Source of the DNA: Leptolyngbyaceae cyanobacterium
GTDB taxonomy: Bacteria; Cyanobacteriota; Cyanobacteriia; Phormidesmidales; Phormidesmidaceae
Direction: 5' to 3'
Assembly: GCA_965263355.1 (NCBI GenBank)
Contig: CBDHHL010000032.1
Span: 1,472,001-1,536,000, forward strand
Length of the DNA stretch: 64,000 nt
Under the pieces are notes generated by a model. That model made no database searches and was not told the DNA's origin. It saw only the letters and a list, made by a program, of their open reading frames with translations. The position numbers and the translations under genes are program-made. Of this stretch, positions 20,780-31,980 are shown one piece after another. Within the stretch, counting starts at the first letter, position 1. Every line of letters begins with the position of its first letter.

Positions 20780-21622
20780 ATGAAGCGAATAGTTACACTT
20801 TTTGGCATCGTGATAGCCACAATGATGGGTTTCTCAATGCCTGCCGCAGCCCAAACCAGCGAACAACAGCACTCGGTGACTGCAACAGCTTGTACTGCAG
20901 CCACTCCAGCCGAACGGGTAGCCCTCAATGCAGCCAAAAATGAAGCACGGCAAATGGCAGAAACTATCAATGGCGGTCTGACTATGTATCGGGCTGAGGC
21001 AACTATGCACGGAGCCGCTACTCGTACCCCTTGTGCCATGATCGAACCAGGGGTTTGGCGCTTTACTTTTAGAGGTGGTGAACCGACAGCTGTTGCTTTA
21101 GGTGAAGGCTATACACTATTTACCGTTGTCACGGTTGATAATTCGGTTGGTTCTGAGCGTCGCATTGATTTGGAGTATAACGGCCCCATTGAAGATTATA
21201 CGGGCGTGATCTACGAGGCGTTTGGAGAAGAGGATTTTGCCCTGGTGCGCAGCCCGATAGCCCCTGTGCCAGGAAATGCTTGCATTGCCGGTACTCAGGC
21301 TGAGCAAAGGGCGGTAAATGCGGCTAAGAATATGGCTCGTCAGGCTGCTGAACGGGCCAATGGTGGATTGAGTGCTTATCGAGCTGAACCGGCTATGTAT
21401 GGAGCGGTAGTTAATTCGCCTTGCGAAAAAATCGGCGAAAATATGTGGCGGTTTACGTTTAGGGGCGGTAGCCCAACTGCTGTTTCTCTGCGCGCAGAAT
21501 ATTCCACGTTAAGCGTTGTCACCGTGGAAGGTATAGGCAATGAGAGCACATTTGCGGTGGAGTATAACGGCCCTATCGATGAATATGATGCTCAGGGTTT
21601 AACGGAGCAAACTGATACGTAG
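20780..21622 (+). CDS. Secreted protein with a duplicated domain of unknown function
   Basis: Signal peptide ending PAAA; two copies of AC..A.NAAKN.ARQ.AE..NGGL..YRAE..M.G....PC..WRFTFRGG..VVTV..EYNGPI. Confidence 0.8.
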   Translation: MKRIVTLFGIVIATMMGFSMPAAAQTSEQQHSVTATACTAATPAERVALNAAKNEARQMAETINGGLTMYRAEATMHGAATRTPCAMIEPGVWRFTFRGGEPTAVALGEGYTLFTVVTVDNSVGSERRIDLEYNGPIEDYTGVIYEAFGEEDFALVRSPIAPVPGNACIAGTQAEQRAVNAAKNMARQAAERANGGLSAYRAEPAMYGAVVNSPCEKIGENMWRFTFRGGSPTAVSLRAEYSTLSVVTVEGIGNESTFAVEYNGPIDEYDAQGLTEQTDT

Positions 21623-21992
21623 TAGGGAACCGAACAACATATGAGTCGTTTTTTCGGGTCTCAACTCTAGCCGGGAAACTTAGGCTGGGGCTAAAGTCGG
21701 AAGTCGGAAGAAGACCGGATTACAGGTTTTAATGACTGAACTGTAAATCCAGCAAAATTTCCCGCATTAAATTGGTACCCAGCCAACCGCTAAATCACTG
21801 CCGATACTCTACACAATCGGCCCGGACAAAACGTGCCCGACAACTAAAAAATACTCAATTATTTTGATTTTTCAGTAAAAGCACCGAAAAACTAGACTAA
21901 CGTCTAGAAAATCACCCAAAATAATCGTTATTCAAGATAAATAAAGAATAATCAAAGATATTTTATGTGTAGTAACGATTTGGCAATATGGC

Positions 21993-22343
21993 TCATGCAG
22001 ATACTTGGGTAAGTTGAGGTAAATTACCCGCTTTGAGCAAAACAATCAAATGTTCAATGTGTTCATATTCATCTAACGCCTGCTGCTCAGCACTGTTTAA
22101 TGCTTCAGCTTGACTTTGGGCTAGCAAATATTGCATTCGGGTTTGCATCTCTGCCGTTGGCCGAAAAGCAGCAATTTGCTCAGCCGTCGGTTGATTAGCA
22201 ATAAAGTCAAGCACATATCGATAGACCTGAGCGGGTAATGCCAGGGGATGTAAGCAACTTTGCAATAAGTTAGGCAGTTGATCACGAATTGGCGCAATCT
22301 GCTCCATTAGCTCATCAGGAATTTCAATGGTTAGCGTAGCCAT
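21993..22343 (-). CDS. Putative antitoxin-like protein
   Basis: N-terminal TLTIEIPDEL; PTAEQIAAFRP..Q.R...LL...L..AEQ..LDEY..IEH...LLKA pattern. Confidence 0.6.
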   Translation of the reverse strand: MATLTIEIPDELMEQIAPIRDQLPNLLQSCLHPLALPAQVYRYVLDFIANQPTAEQIAAFRPTAEMQTRMQYLLAQSQAEALNSAEQQALDEYEHIEHLIVLLKAGNLPQLTQVSA

Positions 22344-22445
22344 AGGACTAATATTCGGGCGACGGGTTTGTATAGATATGAATTGTATTTAGTTTAGCAA
22401 GCCACTATTTGGTCTTACCCTAGTATGTGGAATGGGTAGCTCTGT

Positions 22446-25400
22446 TTACATAGCTATGTGTTGAGATTCCATCACACCATAGCCACCGCCGCCGGGGGTC
22501 TCGATCACAAACACATCACTGGATTGCATCTGGGCAATGGCCTTACTGCCTAGCTTTTCTGTAGTACCGTCCTGACGTAGTACATAATTTTGCCCCACTT
22601 TGCCAGACTCACCCCCCTTTAAGCCAAAGGGAGCAACCTGGCGGTGATTAGCAAGAATGCCCGCAGTCATTGGTGCTCGAAACCTAATGCGACGGATTAC
22701 CCCATTGCCCCCTGAGTGTAACCCCTGACCACCGCTCCCCTGTCGAATTGCGAACCGCTCTAACAAAACCGGAAATCGCCATTCCAAGATCTCCGGATCC
22801 GTCAGACGAGAGTTCGTCATATGGGTCTGCACTGCATCAGTGCCATCATGATCAGCACCTGCACCAGAGCCACCACAAATGGTCTCGTAATACTGATGGT
22901 GCTCATTGCCAAAGGTAAAATTGTTCATAGTCCCCTGGGACCCCGCCATAATCCCCAAGGCCCCATAAATTGCATCCGTAATCACCTGGGACGTTTCCAC
23001 GTTACCAGCCACCACAGCAGCAGGATACTCGGGGTTGAGCATACATCCAGACGGAATAACAATGTCCAATGGCTTCAAACAGCCTGCATTAAGCGGAATC
23101 TTGTCCTCAACCAATGTGCGAAAAACATAGAGCACCGCTGCTTTACAAACGGCAGCTGGGGCATTGTAATTAGTAGCCTGCTGGGGGGAAGTACCCGAGA
23201 AGTCAATGCGGGCGATACGGCGGATGCGATCGCAACTAATCGCCACCTGCACCTGAGCCCCATCGTCCATTTTATAAGTAAACTCCCCTGAATTTAGCAC
23301 CTCAATCACCTGACGCACCGACTCTTCCGCATTATCTTGCACATGTTGCATATAGGCCTGCACTGTTTCCAGGCCATAGTGTTGCACCATTTTACCTAGC
23401 TCTTGCACCCCCTTCTCATTGGCCGCAATTTGGGCCTGGAGATCGGCAATATTCTGTTGCGAGTTTCTCACCGGATACTCTCCCTGGGTAAGCAACGCCA
23501 GCAGTTCCTGTTCACGAAAATGGCCCTGGTCCACTAGCTGAAAGTTGTCAATCAGGATGCCTTCTTCTGCCACCGTTGTACTGTTGGGGGGCATGGAACC
23601 GGGGGTGATGCCACCGATGTCGGCATGGTGGCCACGGGAGGCGACGTAGAAGAGGGGGACTTGGTCCACCCCATCAGTAGCATGACCCACCATGGCATTG
23701 GGGAGAAAAACGGGGGTGATGACGGTGATGTCAGGGAGGTGGGTGCCGCCGTTGTAGGGATTGTTTAGAATGTACACATCGCCGGGTTTGAGAGTATCAC
23801 CTTTGGCGGCAATCAGGCTTTTGACGCTTTCGCCCATGGACCCCAGGTGGACCGGAATATGGGGGGCATTGGCTACTAGCTGGCCTTGATGGTCAAAAAT
23901 AGCGCAGGAAAAGTCTAAACGCTCTTTTATATTGACCGAGTAGCTGGTCTTTTGTAGGGTAAATCCCATCTGTTCAGCGATGGCCATAAACAGATTGTTA
24001 AAAATCTCTAGCATCACTGGGTCAGGCGTATTTAAGCCCTGCGGAGAAGTATCTGTAGATGTTTTCTCGAAATCGTAATTAAGGTCTTTAGTCAGCAATA
24101 AATGATTGCGATCGCTAATCTCCACCTGCCACCCTGGCTCTACCACATTGGTTCCCGTGGCTTCCACAATAATGGCTGGACCTACAATCTGGTCTCCCGG
24201 TCGCAGGGCATTACGTTGAAAGAGAGGCGTCGATTGCCAGGTATTGGCGGTAAACATCGACACGGTGGTGACCGGCGTGGGGGGCTCAAAGCGAGGAGAC
24301 TCATAAACTGGCTCCGTTGGCATCGGCATTTTGCCCACCACTTCCACCGAAACCGCTTCTACGATTAATGGTTTTTCTGGCATGGTAAAGCCGTAGCGCT
24401 GGCGATAGTCTTGCTCAAACTGGGCCACCATGGAAGACACCTCTCCAAAGGTCACCCTTAATGGCGCATCAGTCCCGTCATAGCGTAAATGAACCTTGGG
24501 CAGAGATTCAATCCGCTCATCGGGAACGTTCTGTTGTTGCACCTCCGCAATGGCCACAGCCGTAATCTCGGTGAGAATCGCTTGAAGGTGTGGCAACAGA
24601 TCTACCGCCAAAGGTTGTTCTACCGTCATCTGGCGTAAGGCTCGCAAGTCCGCTAAACCCATGCCATAGGCCGACAATACCCCCGCCAATGGATGAATAA
24701 AGATCTGTTGCATACCCAGGGCATCGGCAATCATACAGGCATGTTGCCCCGCTGCTCCACCAAAGCACACCAGGGTGTACTCTGACACGTCATGACCCTG
24801 TTGTACAGAGATTTTTTTGATGGCATTGGCCATATTTTCAACGGCAATGGCCAGAAAACCAGCGGCTACCTGCTCGGGGGAGCGCACATCGTTAGTTGCC
24901 CGTTGAATCTGTTCAACCAGGGCCGTAAATTGTTGTCTAACAGTTTCAACATCAAGGGATTGGTTGCCGTCAGGGCCAAAGACTTGGGGAAAGAAATCTG
25001 GCTGGAGTTTACCCACCATGACATTACAGTCGGTGACGGTAAGTGGTCCTCCTTTGCAATAGGCTGCCGGGCCAGGGTGAGCACCAGCGGATTCGGGGCC
25101 CACCCGATAGCGTGCTCCATCAAACCTTAGGATAGAGCCACCGCCTGCCGCCACGGTATGGATCGCCATCATCGGTGCCTTAATACGCACCCCTGCTACC
25201 TCGGATTCAAACACCCGCTCGTACTCGCCGTTGTAGTGGGAGACATCGGTGGAGGTGCCACCCATGTCAAAGCCAATGATTTTGTGCAGGTTTGCGATCG
25301 CACTCGTCTGCACCATACCCACCACACCCCCCGCCGGTCCCGACAGAATGCTGTCTTTCCCGCGAAACAAATGGGCATCGGTCAACCCCCCATTGGACTG

Positions 25401-26186
25401 CATAAACATAAGTTGGGGCGGTTCTGGCGGAGCATCTGCTCGGGTGTCTGGCAAGGCCCTCTCCTTGCTAACTGCCCCCAGTTCTAACGCGATACGGTCG
25501 ATATAACGTTTTAGGATAGGTGACAAATAAGCATCCACCAGGGTGGTATCTCCCCGGCTGACCAGCTTTATTAGGGGACTGACTTCATGGGAAACCGAAA
25601 TCTGAGTAAAGCCTATCTCCTTAGCCAGGGTGGCCACCTGATTTTCATGGTCAGGGTAGCGGTAGCCATGCATAAGTACAATGGCGCAGGCGCGAATACC
25701 CGCATCATAGGCTTGTTGCAACTGCGGTCTGAGAGGCTGAATCTGGACCGGTAAAAGCTCTTCTCCCTGGGCGCTATAGCGTTCGTCTACCTCAATCACC
25801 TGCTCATAGAGCATATCTGGCAAGATAATCTGACGGGCAAAAATATCGGGGCGATTCTGGTAACCGATGCGCAGCGCATCACCCAAGCCCTGGGTAATAA
25901 CTAGAACGGTGCGATCTCCCTGACGCTCCAGCAGGGCATTAGTCGCAACAGTGGTACCCATTTTCACCAACCCGATTTGCTCCGTCGGCAGCGGCTGCCC
26001 CGATGCTACCCCCAAAATGTTGCGAATACCCTGCAGGGGCGCATCCCTGTAATGCTCAGGGTTTTCAGAAAGCAATTTATGGATAACAAGACTGCCGTCA
26101 GGACGCTGGGCAACTAAATCAGTAAACGTACCCCCTCGATCAATCCAAAATTGCCAACGATTTTCAAGGGTAGGCGATTGTTCCAT
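22446..26186 (-). CDS. 5-oxoprolinase (fused hydantoinase A/B)
   Basis: [60 protein letters not shown]. Confidence 0.96.
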   Translation of the reverse strand: MEQSPTLENRWQFWIDRGGTFTDLVAQRPDGSLVIHKLLSENPEHYRDAPLQGIRNILGVASGQPLPTEQIGLVKMGTTVATNALLERQGDRTVLVITQGLGDALRIGYQNRPDIFARQIILPDMLYEQVIEVDERYSAQGEELLPVQIQPLRPQLQQAYDAGIRACAIVLMHGYRYPDHENQVATLAKEIGFTQISVSHEVSPLIKLVSRGDTTLVDAYLSPILKRYIDRIALELGAVSKERALPDTRADAPPEPPQLMFMQSNGGLTDAHLFRGKDSILSGPAGGVVGMVQTSAIANLHKIIGFDMGGTSTDVSHYNGEYERVFESEVAGVRIKAPMMAIHTVAAGGGSILRFDGARYRVGPESAGAHPGPAAYCKGGPLTVTDCNVMVGKLQPDFFPQVFGPDGNQSLDVETVRQQFTALVEQIQRATNDVRSPEQVAAGFLAIAVENMANAIKKISVQQGHDVSEYTLVCFGGAAGQHACMIADALGMQQIFIHPLAGVLSAYGMGLADLRALRQMTVEQPLAVDLLPHLQAILTEITAVAIAEVQQQNVPDERIESLPKVHLRYDGTDAPLRVTFGEVSSMVAQFEQDYRQRYGFTMPEKPLIVEAVSVEVVGKMPMPTEPVYESPRFEPPTPVTTVSMFTANTWQSTPLFQRNALRPGDQIVGPAIIVEATGTNVVEPGWQVEISDRNHLLLTKDLNYDFEKTSTDTSPQGLNTPDPVMLEIFNNLFMAIAEQMGFTLQKTSYSVNIKERLDFSCAIFDHQGQLVANAPHIPVHLGSMGESVKSLIAAKGDTLKPGDVYILNNPYNGGTHLPDITVITPVFLPNAMVGHATDGVDQVPLFYVASRGHHADIGGITPGSMPPNSTTVAEEGILIDNFQLVDQGHFREQELLALLTQGEYPVRNSQQNIADLQAQIAANEKGVQELGKMVQHYGLETVQAYMQHVQDNAEESVRQVIEVLNSGEFTYKMDDGAQVQVAISCDRIRRIARIDFSGTSPQQATNYNAPAAVCKAAVLYVFRTLVEDKIPLNAGCLKPLDIVIPSGCMLNPEYPAAVVAGNVETSQVITDAIYGALGIMAGSQGTMNNFTFGNEHHQYYETICGGSGAGADHDGTDAVQTHMTNSRLTDPEILEWRFPVLLERFAIRQGSGGQGLHSGGNGVIRRIRFRAPMTAGILANHRQVAPFGLKGGESGKVGQNYVLRQDGTTEKLGSKAIAQMQSSDVFVIETPGGGGYGVMESQHIAM

Positions 26187-26286
26187 TATGGCGAAATACT
26201 AGGTTAAAACCATTTGCTACAATAAAGCATAAGACAACTGAACTAGAAGTCGGACGTCGGAACGTGAAACTCCGAATTCCGAACTC

Positions 26287-26550
26287 TCAATAATGGTAAC
26301 GACACGAAATAATTGTTAAATAATTGTCATCGACAGCATAGACAAGGCGGTTGGTGTCATCAATGCGCCGTGACCAAAATCCTGATAGATTTTCTTTCAG
26401 GGGTTCTGGTTTACCAATTCCTTCGAAAGGAAGATTTTTAGTTGCTTGGATTAGCTTATTGATTCTTTTAAGTGTTTTTTTGTCTTGGCTTTGCCAGTAA
26501 ATATAATCTTTCCAAGCTTCGTTGGTCCAGGCTAGCTTGCGATCGCTCAT
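26287..26550 (-). CDS. yoeB: Txe/YoeB toxin
   Basis: GIGKPEPLK..LSGFWSRRI, C-terminal CRYHY. Confidence 0.95.
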   Translation of the reverse strand: MSDRKLAWTNEAWKDYIYWQSQDKKTLKRINKLIQATKNLPFEGIGKPEPLKENLSGFWSRRIDDTNRLVYAVDDNYLTIISCRYHY

Positions 26551-26805
26551 TTAATCATCCAATAGCTCCCGTTCGACAACCTGGCCTTTTTTATATTGCT
26601 CAATGGATCGCTCTAAATGGGCTACATTCGCTGGAGATTTTAGTAAATGAACAGTTTCAAGCAAACTATTAAAATACTCCAGGGACATAACAACAGCGTC
26701 ATCGGCGTCACGTCGGGTAATGACGGTAACGTCAGCATCATTGACGACTTGATCTAGGATGGCTTTGAATTTATTTCTGGCTTCACTAAAGGTGACAATA
26801 TTCAT
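26551..26805 (-). CDS. yefM: Phd/YefM antitoxin
   Basis: FSEARN, AVVMSLE..SLLETVHLLKSPAN; abuts yoeB. Confidence 0.95.
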   Translation of the reverse strand: MNIVTFSEARNKFKAILDQVVNDADVTVITRRDADDAVVMSLEYFNSLLETVHLLKSPANVAHLERSIEQYKKGQVVERELLDD

Positions 26806-26814
26806 TGGTTAAAT

Positions 26815-26832
26815 TGTACAGCTAGTTGTACA
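26815..26832. promoter_or_regulatory. yefM-yoeB operator: two TGTACA palindromes
   Basis: TGTACA at 26815 and 26827, 12 bp apart, just upstream of yefM. Confidence 0.8.
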
Positions 26833-27015
26833 AGTATAGCACAGGGAATGAATTCGGAATTCCATCGATACCCTCCATCGGTCCATCGGTCCTTGACTCT
26901 TTAAAGAATTGCCAACACTGGCAAAACTAACTATCTACATTTCCGCTAGCGGAAAGCATTGGCCTTATTCCGTAGCCATACTGTTATCAAAGTTAATTAG
27001 ATTGCAGGTAACGCT

Positions 27016-27285
27016 ATGACTATCAATCAACTGCAGACTCAGACAGTATGTTCTCCTCTATTATCAGTACAACAGCTTTGGCAACAAACCCAACGGTTGG
27101 CTAGCCAAATTGGAGAATCACTACTACAGCGCCTGACCATTGCTTCAGAGCCGCAAGTTGTTATGGATTGCGATCTCAACAACCAAATCACCATTCAAGT
27201 TAAAGACCCTCACCATGGCACCTTTCATACCTTTACCAATGAGGAAGATGCACGCATCTGGTTAGAAAAGGGACGTTTTATGTAA
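27016..27285 (+). CDS. Small cyanobacterial hypothetical protein
   Basis: EPQV..DP..G....F..EEDARIWLE pattern. Confidence 0.7.
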   Translation: MTINQLQTQTVCSPLLSVQQLWQQTQRLASQIGESLLQRLTIASEPQVVMDCDLNNQITIQVKDPHHGTFHTFTNEEDARIWLEKGRFM

Positions 27286-27379
27286 GTAGTGCCACTGAGT
27301 CAGTAATGCCCTGTTGAAACTGCTTTCAGTAAACGAGACACCATGCTAGGGTAAGCAGACACATTAACAGGGAAAGCAA

Positions 27380-27610
27380 ATGGTTCGGCTAAACCTGAAA
27401 ACTCTAATGGCACGCTACGCCATAACCCAGGAAGCGTTAGCCAAAGAATGTGGAGTGTCTTGCGGGTTGATCAACGAATGGGCCAACAATCGTAAATAGC
27501 CACAACGGAAAAATATGGGTGCTCTTTTGAAAGCGCTGAGAAAATTGGGAACCCCTGACGTGGTTGAGGCATTCCCAATCGCAGTTAAGGACTTGATTAT
27601 AGAATCGTAG
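27380..27610 (+). pseudogene. XRE-family HTH regulator with in-frame TAG
   Basis: MVRLNLKTLMARYAITQEALAKECGVSCGLINEWANNRK*PQRKNMGALLKALRKL; TAG at 27497-27499. Confidence 0.7.
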
Positions 27611-27635
27611 AGTATCCTCAGAACCAAGTCTGACT

Positions 27636-29423
27636 CTACACTAGGCGTCCTTTGGCCAGCCAAATCTGGGTGTTTACTGGAGACTTTGCCTGGGCCAACA
27701 TCTCTTTGAGCTGTTCTCCCTCCAGCACATCGTCTGTCAGTAATGTCTGGGCCATAGAATTTAGCAGATCTTGGTTCAGCGTCAATACGGCCTTGGCCAC
27801 CTCATGGGCCTGGTGAATCGACTGCTTTACTAGTCGATCAATCTCTGCAGCCACCTCACCACTCATGGGACGGCGAGTGGTGTTGCTGTTAAGAAACTCT
27901 GACTGGGTATCTGAAAAGGCAATGGGTCCCAGATCCGCAGACATGCCATACTGAGTAACTGCCCGCTCCGCCAGATCTGTTGCCTTTTGAATGTCGTCAC
28001 TGGCCCCCGATGACACCTTGCCAAACATCACTTCCTCAGCAGCACGACCCCCTAACAGCGTCGCTAACTGCCCCCGTAGTTCATCCTCTAACATCAGGTA
28101 GCGATCTTCCTCAGGGGTTTGCATAGTGTATCCAAGGGCTCCCTTCCCACGGGGCACAATGGAGATTTTGGCAACTTTGGTACCACCCGGCATCAGGGCA
28201 CCGACAATGGCATGGCCCACTTCATGGTATGCAACAGTTTTACGCTCGATGGGGGAGAGGATACGCGATTTTTTCTCTAACCCGGCAATGACTCGCTCCA
28301 TAGCTGCATAAAAGTCGGGCATCATTACGGCCTGACGGTCATTGCGGGCAGCGAGTAGGGCCGCTTCGTTAATCAAGTTGGCGAGATCGGCCCCGGCAAA
28401 CCCTGAGGTTTGGGTTGCGATCGCAGCCAAATCCACATCCTCCGCCATCAATACACCGCGAGCATGTACTTTCAGAATCTCCAGGCGACCACTACGGTCA
28501 GGACGATCCACCAGCACCTGTCGGTCAAACCGCCCAGCCCGCTTCAAGGCAGGGTCTAAAATCTCAGGCCGATTTGTCGCCCCGATCAGCATCACCCCGC
28601 TATTCTCATCAAAGCCATCCATTTCGGTTAGCAGTTGATTAAGGGTTTGTTCCCGCTCATCATTACCGCTGTGGGGACTGCCACCCCCACGAGACTTACC
28701 AATGGCATCCAGCTCATCAATAAACACAATACAGGGGGCCTGTTTTTTCGCCTTGTTAAACAGGTCTCGTACACGGGAGGCCCCCACCCCCACATAGAGT
28801 TCCACAAATTCTGACGCTGCCACATTCAAAAACGGCACATTAGCTTCGCCTGCAACAGCTTTAGCTAGCAAGGTTTTTCCCGTTCCCGGTGGCCCCACCA
28901 GCAGGACACCCTTGGGCAGTTTGGCACCAATCTTGCGATACTTGGCACCGTCCTTAAGAAAATCAACCACCTCTTTTAGCTCTTGCTTAGCCTCATCCAC
29001 ACCGGCCACATCGGCAAAGGTCACCGTTGTTGTACCACCACGCTTTGCCCTAGCTGGAGTAGCACTGTAGGGTTTGACTCTACTTTTACCCACTCCCACC
29101 ACATTGCCACCAGGACTGTTTTTGAGCAACCATGCCAGTGTCCCCATTAAGGCTCCACTGGAGAGCAGTAGGGCCATCAAGCCTGCTATCGCATTAGTAT
29201 TGTCAGACGGAGTCACCACATCAACCTGATACTGACGTAACAGATTAGGAATATCATCGGTATTGCCCACAGGCCGGGTAGTATAGAAGCGCTTAAACCC
29301 AAAAGCAGGCTTGAGAGTGTAGTCAATGCGATTGGGTCTGAGGGTCACTCGCTGAACCTTTTGGGCTTTTACCTGTTCAATAAAGGTACTGTAGGCTGCA
29401 TGGGCGATGGTTGCCGTCTTCAT
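27636..29423 (-). CDS. ftsH: ATP-dependent zinc metalloprotease FtsH (single TM)
   Basis: [34 protein letters not shown]. Confidence 0.95.
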   Translation of the reverse strand: MKTATIAHAAYSTFIEQVKAQKVQRVTLRPNRIDYTLKPAFGFKRFYTTRPVGNTDDIPNLLRQYQVDVVTPSDNTNAIAGLMALLLSSGALMGTLAWLLKNSPGGNVVGVGKSRVKPYSATPARAKRGGTTTVTFADVAGVDEAKQELKEVVDFLKDGAKYRKIGAKLPKGVLLVGPPGTGKTLLAKAVAGEANVPFLNVAASEFVELYVGVGASRVRDLFNKAKKQAPCIVFIDELDAIGKSRGGGSPHSGNDEREQTLNQLLTEMDGFDENSGVMLIGATNRPEILDPALKRAGRFDRQVLVDRPDRSGRLEILKVHARGVLMAEDVDLAAIATQTSGFAGADLANLINEAALLAARNDRQAVMMPDFYAAMERVIAGLEKKSRILSPIERKTVAYHEVGHAIVGALMPGGTKVAKISIVPRGKGALGYTMQTPEEDRYLMLEDELRGQLATLLGGRAAEEVMFGKVSSGASDDIQKATDLAERAVTQYGMSADLGPIAFSDTQSEFLNSNTTRRPMSGEVAAEIDRLVKQSIHQAHEVAKAVLTLNQDLLNSMAQTLLTDDVLEGEQLKEMLAQAKSPVNTQIWLAKGRLV

Positions 29424-29774
29424 GGTTGTTGTCTCTTGCTGCGCGTCTCAACAACCCGATTATGCAGGGAGATTTTTATGAAAAATAGATGAGATTACCT
29501 CACTTATTAAAATAGCTTTAGCATTGTGAAAACCTCTCTATACGGTTCTCTCTACCTACGTAGTCGGTTTGCCGAAGAGATTATCTAATTTTATTCACGA
29601 TGCACCATAGAAGCCTTGGCTAACCCGAACGTTAATGTCGGGTTACCCCCCAGCCAATTAGCGGATCTTAATGATTTATCCACGCTCCAATAACTAGCAA
29701 GCCATTTTTAATGGCGTAGTTGCCGAACCACTTTCGCTACTTTTTATTTTTCACTTTTTATTTTTTTCCTGGGC

Positions 29775-30002
29775 CTACGACACCGACCGCCGCTTCCGAT
29801 ACGCATACTGTCCATGGATATTGACAGAATAGGGAACAGCGTAGGTTAGCAATCCAGCCAACCACCGGGAAGGTGTCATTTTGCCATTGGCCAGGGCAGG
29901 CCCATGGTTGATGGTAAAGAGAAGAGTACCGACGACGAGGGCAACCTTTACAGCACTGGGTCTAAGGTCTTGGTCGATGAGGGCGGAAAAATAGCCTTTC
30001 AT
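29775..30002 (-). CDS. nrtS: Nitrate/nitrite transporter NrtS
   Basis: KVALVVGTLLFTINHG..RW...LTYAVPYSVNIHGQ; 75 aa. Confidence 0.85.
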   Translation of the reverse strand: MKGYFSALIDQDLRPSAVKVALVVGTLLFTINHGPALANGKMTPSRWLAGLLTYAVPYSVNIHGQYAYRKRRSVS

Positions 30003-30060
30003 TGCAAATTCTAATAGGGAACATTTAATTTCATATGTATGAATAAAAATTAACACAAAA

Positions 30061-30076
30061 TGTATCGAGTCGTACA
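30061..30076. promoter_or_regulatory. NtcA box TGTA-N8-TACA upstream of nrtS
   Basis: TGTATCGAGTCGTACA, about 60 bp upstream of the nrtS ATG. Confidence 0.75.
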
Positions 30077-30296
30077 GTTATCAGTGCACTGACTGCTCCT
30101 GTTTTTAGGCTGGGTAAGTTTAATTAGGGAAAAAAGACTGCCGATACCGCGTCTGGGTGATGCCTTGCACAGTGGCTATTAGTCAGTTTTTCCAAACTTG
30201 TAGGGAATCTTGAGCTGTTTTTGTGTAGTTCTTTTAGCCGTCTGTTATGGCAAGTTTTGGGGTGTTTGAGTTTTGAGTTAAAGCCCACAAAAATAT

Positions 30297-30872
30297 TTGG
30301 TTTGTATGCTCTCTACGCCCGCTTATCCGTTACTTGCGGTAATATCTTCCTGGGCTCAAATTGCGATAATTTTAGCGATCGCAACCATCCCCATCGCTGT
30401 GCTAATTATCCTGATTAAGGGGATGCAACAGCAGCGGCATTTGCGGGTGGCACTCCCCTGGTTTGTGCGCTCACTGGTCGCAGTCAGCGTTATATCCCTT
30501 GCCATACGAGGGGGGGCGGCTGTGATCGGCTACCTGATTTTTATAGTTCTCCCTGGTTCCGGCATAGTCGGCCTATTGCTAGGACTGATCGCTGCACCCA
30601 TAGTCAGTTTAGTGCGCAGGTCGTTCTGGACTGGGGGGCGCATCAGCTTAAGCATGGTCAAAGGTAGCGTGCTTGCAGCTGTGCTTATATTTGCCATTAG
30701 TTGCCATCTGATTGGGGCACCTATCTTTGAAGAACTTGCCAATCTGGAGGAAGCGGGCGACAGTATGTTGGGCATAACCCATCATACGTTAGTGCTATGC
30801 TTGGCCGTACTTCCCGCCAGTTTGATAGGTAGCCTTATGGGAGGCATTAGCAATGCAATGCTAGATGGTTAA
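30297..30872 (+). CDS. Hypothetical multi-pass membrane protein
   Basis: About 5 hydrophobic segments; start uncertain. Confidence 0.6.
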   Translation: MVCMLSTPAYPLLAVISSWAQIAIILAIATIPIAVLIILIKGMQQQRHLRVALPWFVRSLVAVSVISLAIRGGAAVIGYLIFIVLPGSGIVGLLLGLIAAPIVSLVRRSFWTGGRISLSMVKGSVLAAVLIFAISCHLIGAPIFEELANLEEAGDSMLGITHHTLVLCLAVLPASLIGSLMGGISNAMLDG

Positions 30873-30956
30873 ACGTGAAAAGCTCCAGTTAGCACCCAAT
30901 CTACAGTTAGTGCTAACCGGAGCTTATAAGGGAATGGAACTGTTTGAAGTCTACGC

Positions 30957-31808
30957 TCAGCTAACAGTCATGGTGATAACAGTTTCCACAGTCTCCTGGG
31001 GAAATGCGGTCAACAAAAAGTCTCCTGAATTGATGGCATTGCGAGGACCACTCCAGGGCTCTAGACAGTAAAAGTCTTTACCTTTCACAGTCCAGAAAAC
31101 AAGTGTTGAATAATTCTCGTCATAGGCAATAGTCAATGTACTGTCACCATCTTTAACCGTGGCGGTTTGACCTTCGAGATTGATAAAGGCAAAGTCAATC
31201 TCGTCCTGGTCAAAGTCAAACTGACCATTAAAGGCATAGACCTCTTTGCCACCTTTGACTTTGTAATCGGTAGACGGAATATCAAAGGTAAGCTTACTCT
31301 TATCAGCGATCGCAAAATAGGGATGGGTGCCAGTGGAGAATGGCATGGGTTCTTCCGACAGATTTGTATGGCGGAAGCGCTGTTCTAACGTGTTGCCTTT
31401 GAGGGTATAGACATAATCAAGCTGGAACTCAAAGGGATATACGGCGCGAGTTTCCTCACTGCTGGTAAGAGTGACCGTTAGGCTAGCACCATCGTCAGTG
31501 GACTGCTGAGTCACTTCCCATGGCAATGTACGAGCAAAACCATGTTGCTTCATCTTGAAGGTTTCGTCATCCAGGGTGTATGTGTCGTCCACCAGGTTGC
31601 CGCAGATGGGAAATAGCAGAGGAATGCCGCCCCGTACGGATAGGTTAGGATCCTTAAAGCGTTCTGCATCTAGATAGAACACCTCGTTGCCATTGACTTG
31701 CCAACTAATAACGATGCCGCCCCGTTCTGGTACCACAGCGACCTTAGAATCGCCATCAGCCAAGATATAGGTCAAATATTGTTCGTTTTCAGTAGTAATT
31801 GTGCTCAT
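30957..31808 (-). CDS. Aldose 1-epimerase family protein
   Basis: RGGIPLLFP, QHGFAR, HPYF, CLEPW. Confidence 0.92.
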   Translation of the reverse strand: MSTITTENEQYLTYILADGDSKVAVVPERGGIVISWQVNGNEVFYLDAERFKDPNLSVRGGIPLLFPICGNLVDDTYTLDDETFKMKQHGFARTLPWEVTQQSTDDGASLTVTLTSSEETRAVYPFEFQLDYVYTLKGNTLEQRFRHTNLSEEPMPFSTGTHPYFAIADKSKLTFDIPSTDYKVKGGKEVYAFNGQFDFDQDEIDFAFINLEGQTATVKDGDSTLTIAYDENYSTLVFWTVKGKDFYCLEPWSGPRNAINSGDFLLTAFPQETVETVITMTVS

Positions 31809-31980
31809 AGGAATTTCCTCGGGGCGTGGAAAGTATTTAATAACCGTGCCATATCACGGTCACTTCGCCATGCAATCTGCAACACTGCTAAGTAATCTTT
31901 ATAGCTTTCTACAGCAGTTTTCTTGGGAGCCTTACGTTAATATTCTGGCTGACCTTGATTGACTGTGGAGGTTTAGCCCC

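Noticed and set aside
26248..26286. Short GTCGGA/TCCGAA heptamer-like repeats (also near 21696)
   Set aside because: Ordinary cyanobacterial short intergenic repeats.
26941..26956. TTCCGCTAGCGGAA palindrome as another copy of the bipartite operator
   Set aside because: Different half-site and no partner box at 32-33 bp.
27415..27663. 82-aa minus-strand ORF
   Set aside because: Antisense to the XRE pseudogene, which explains the sequence better.
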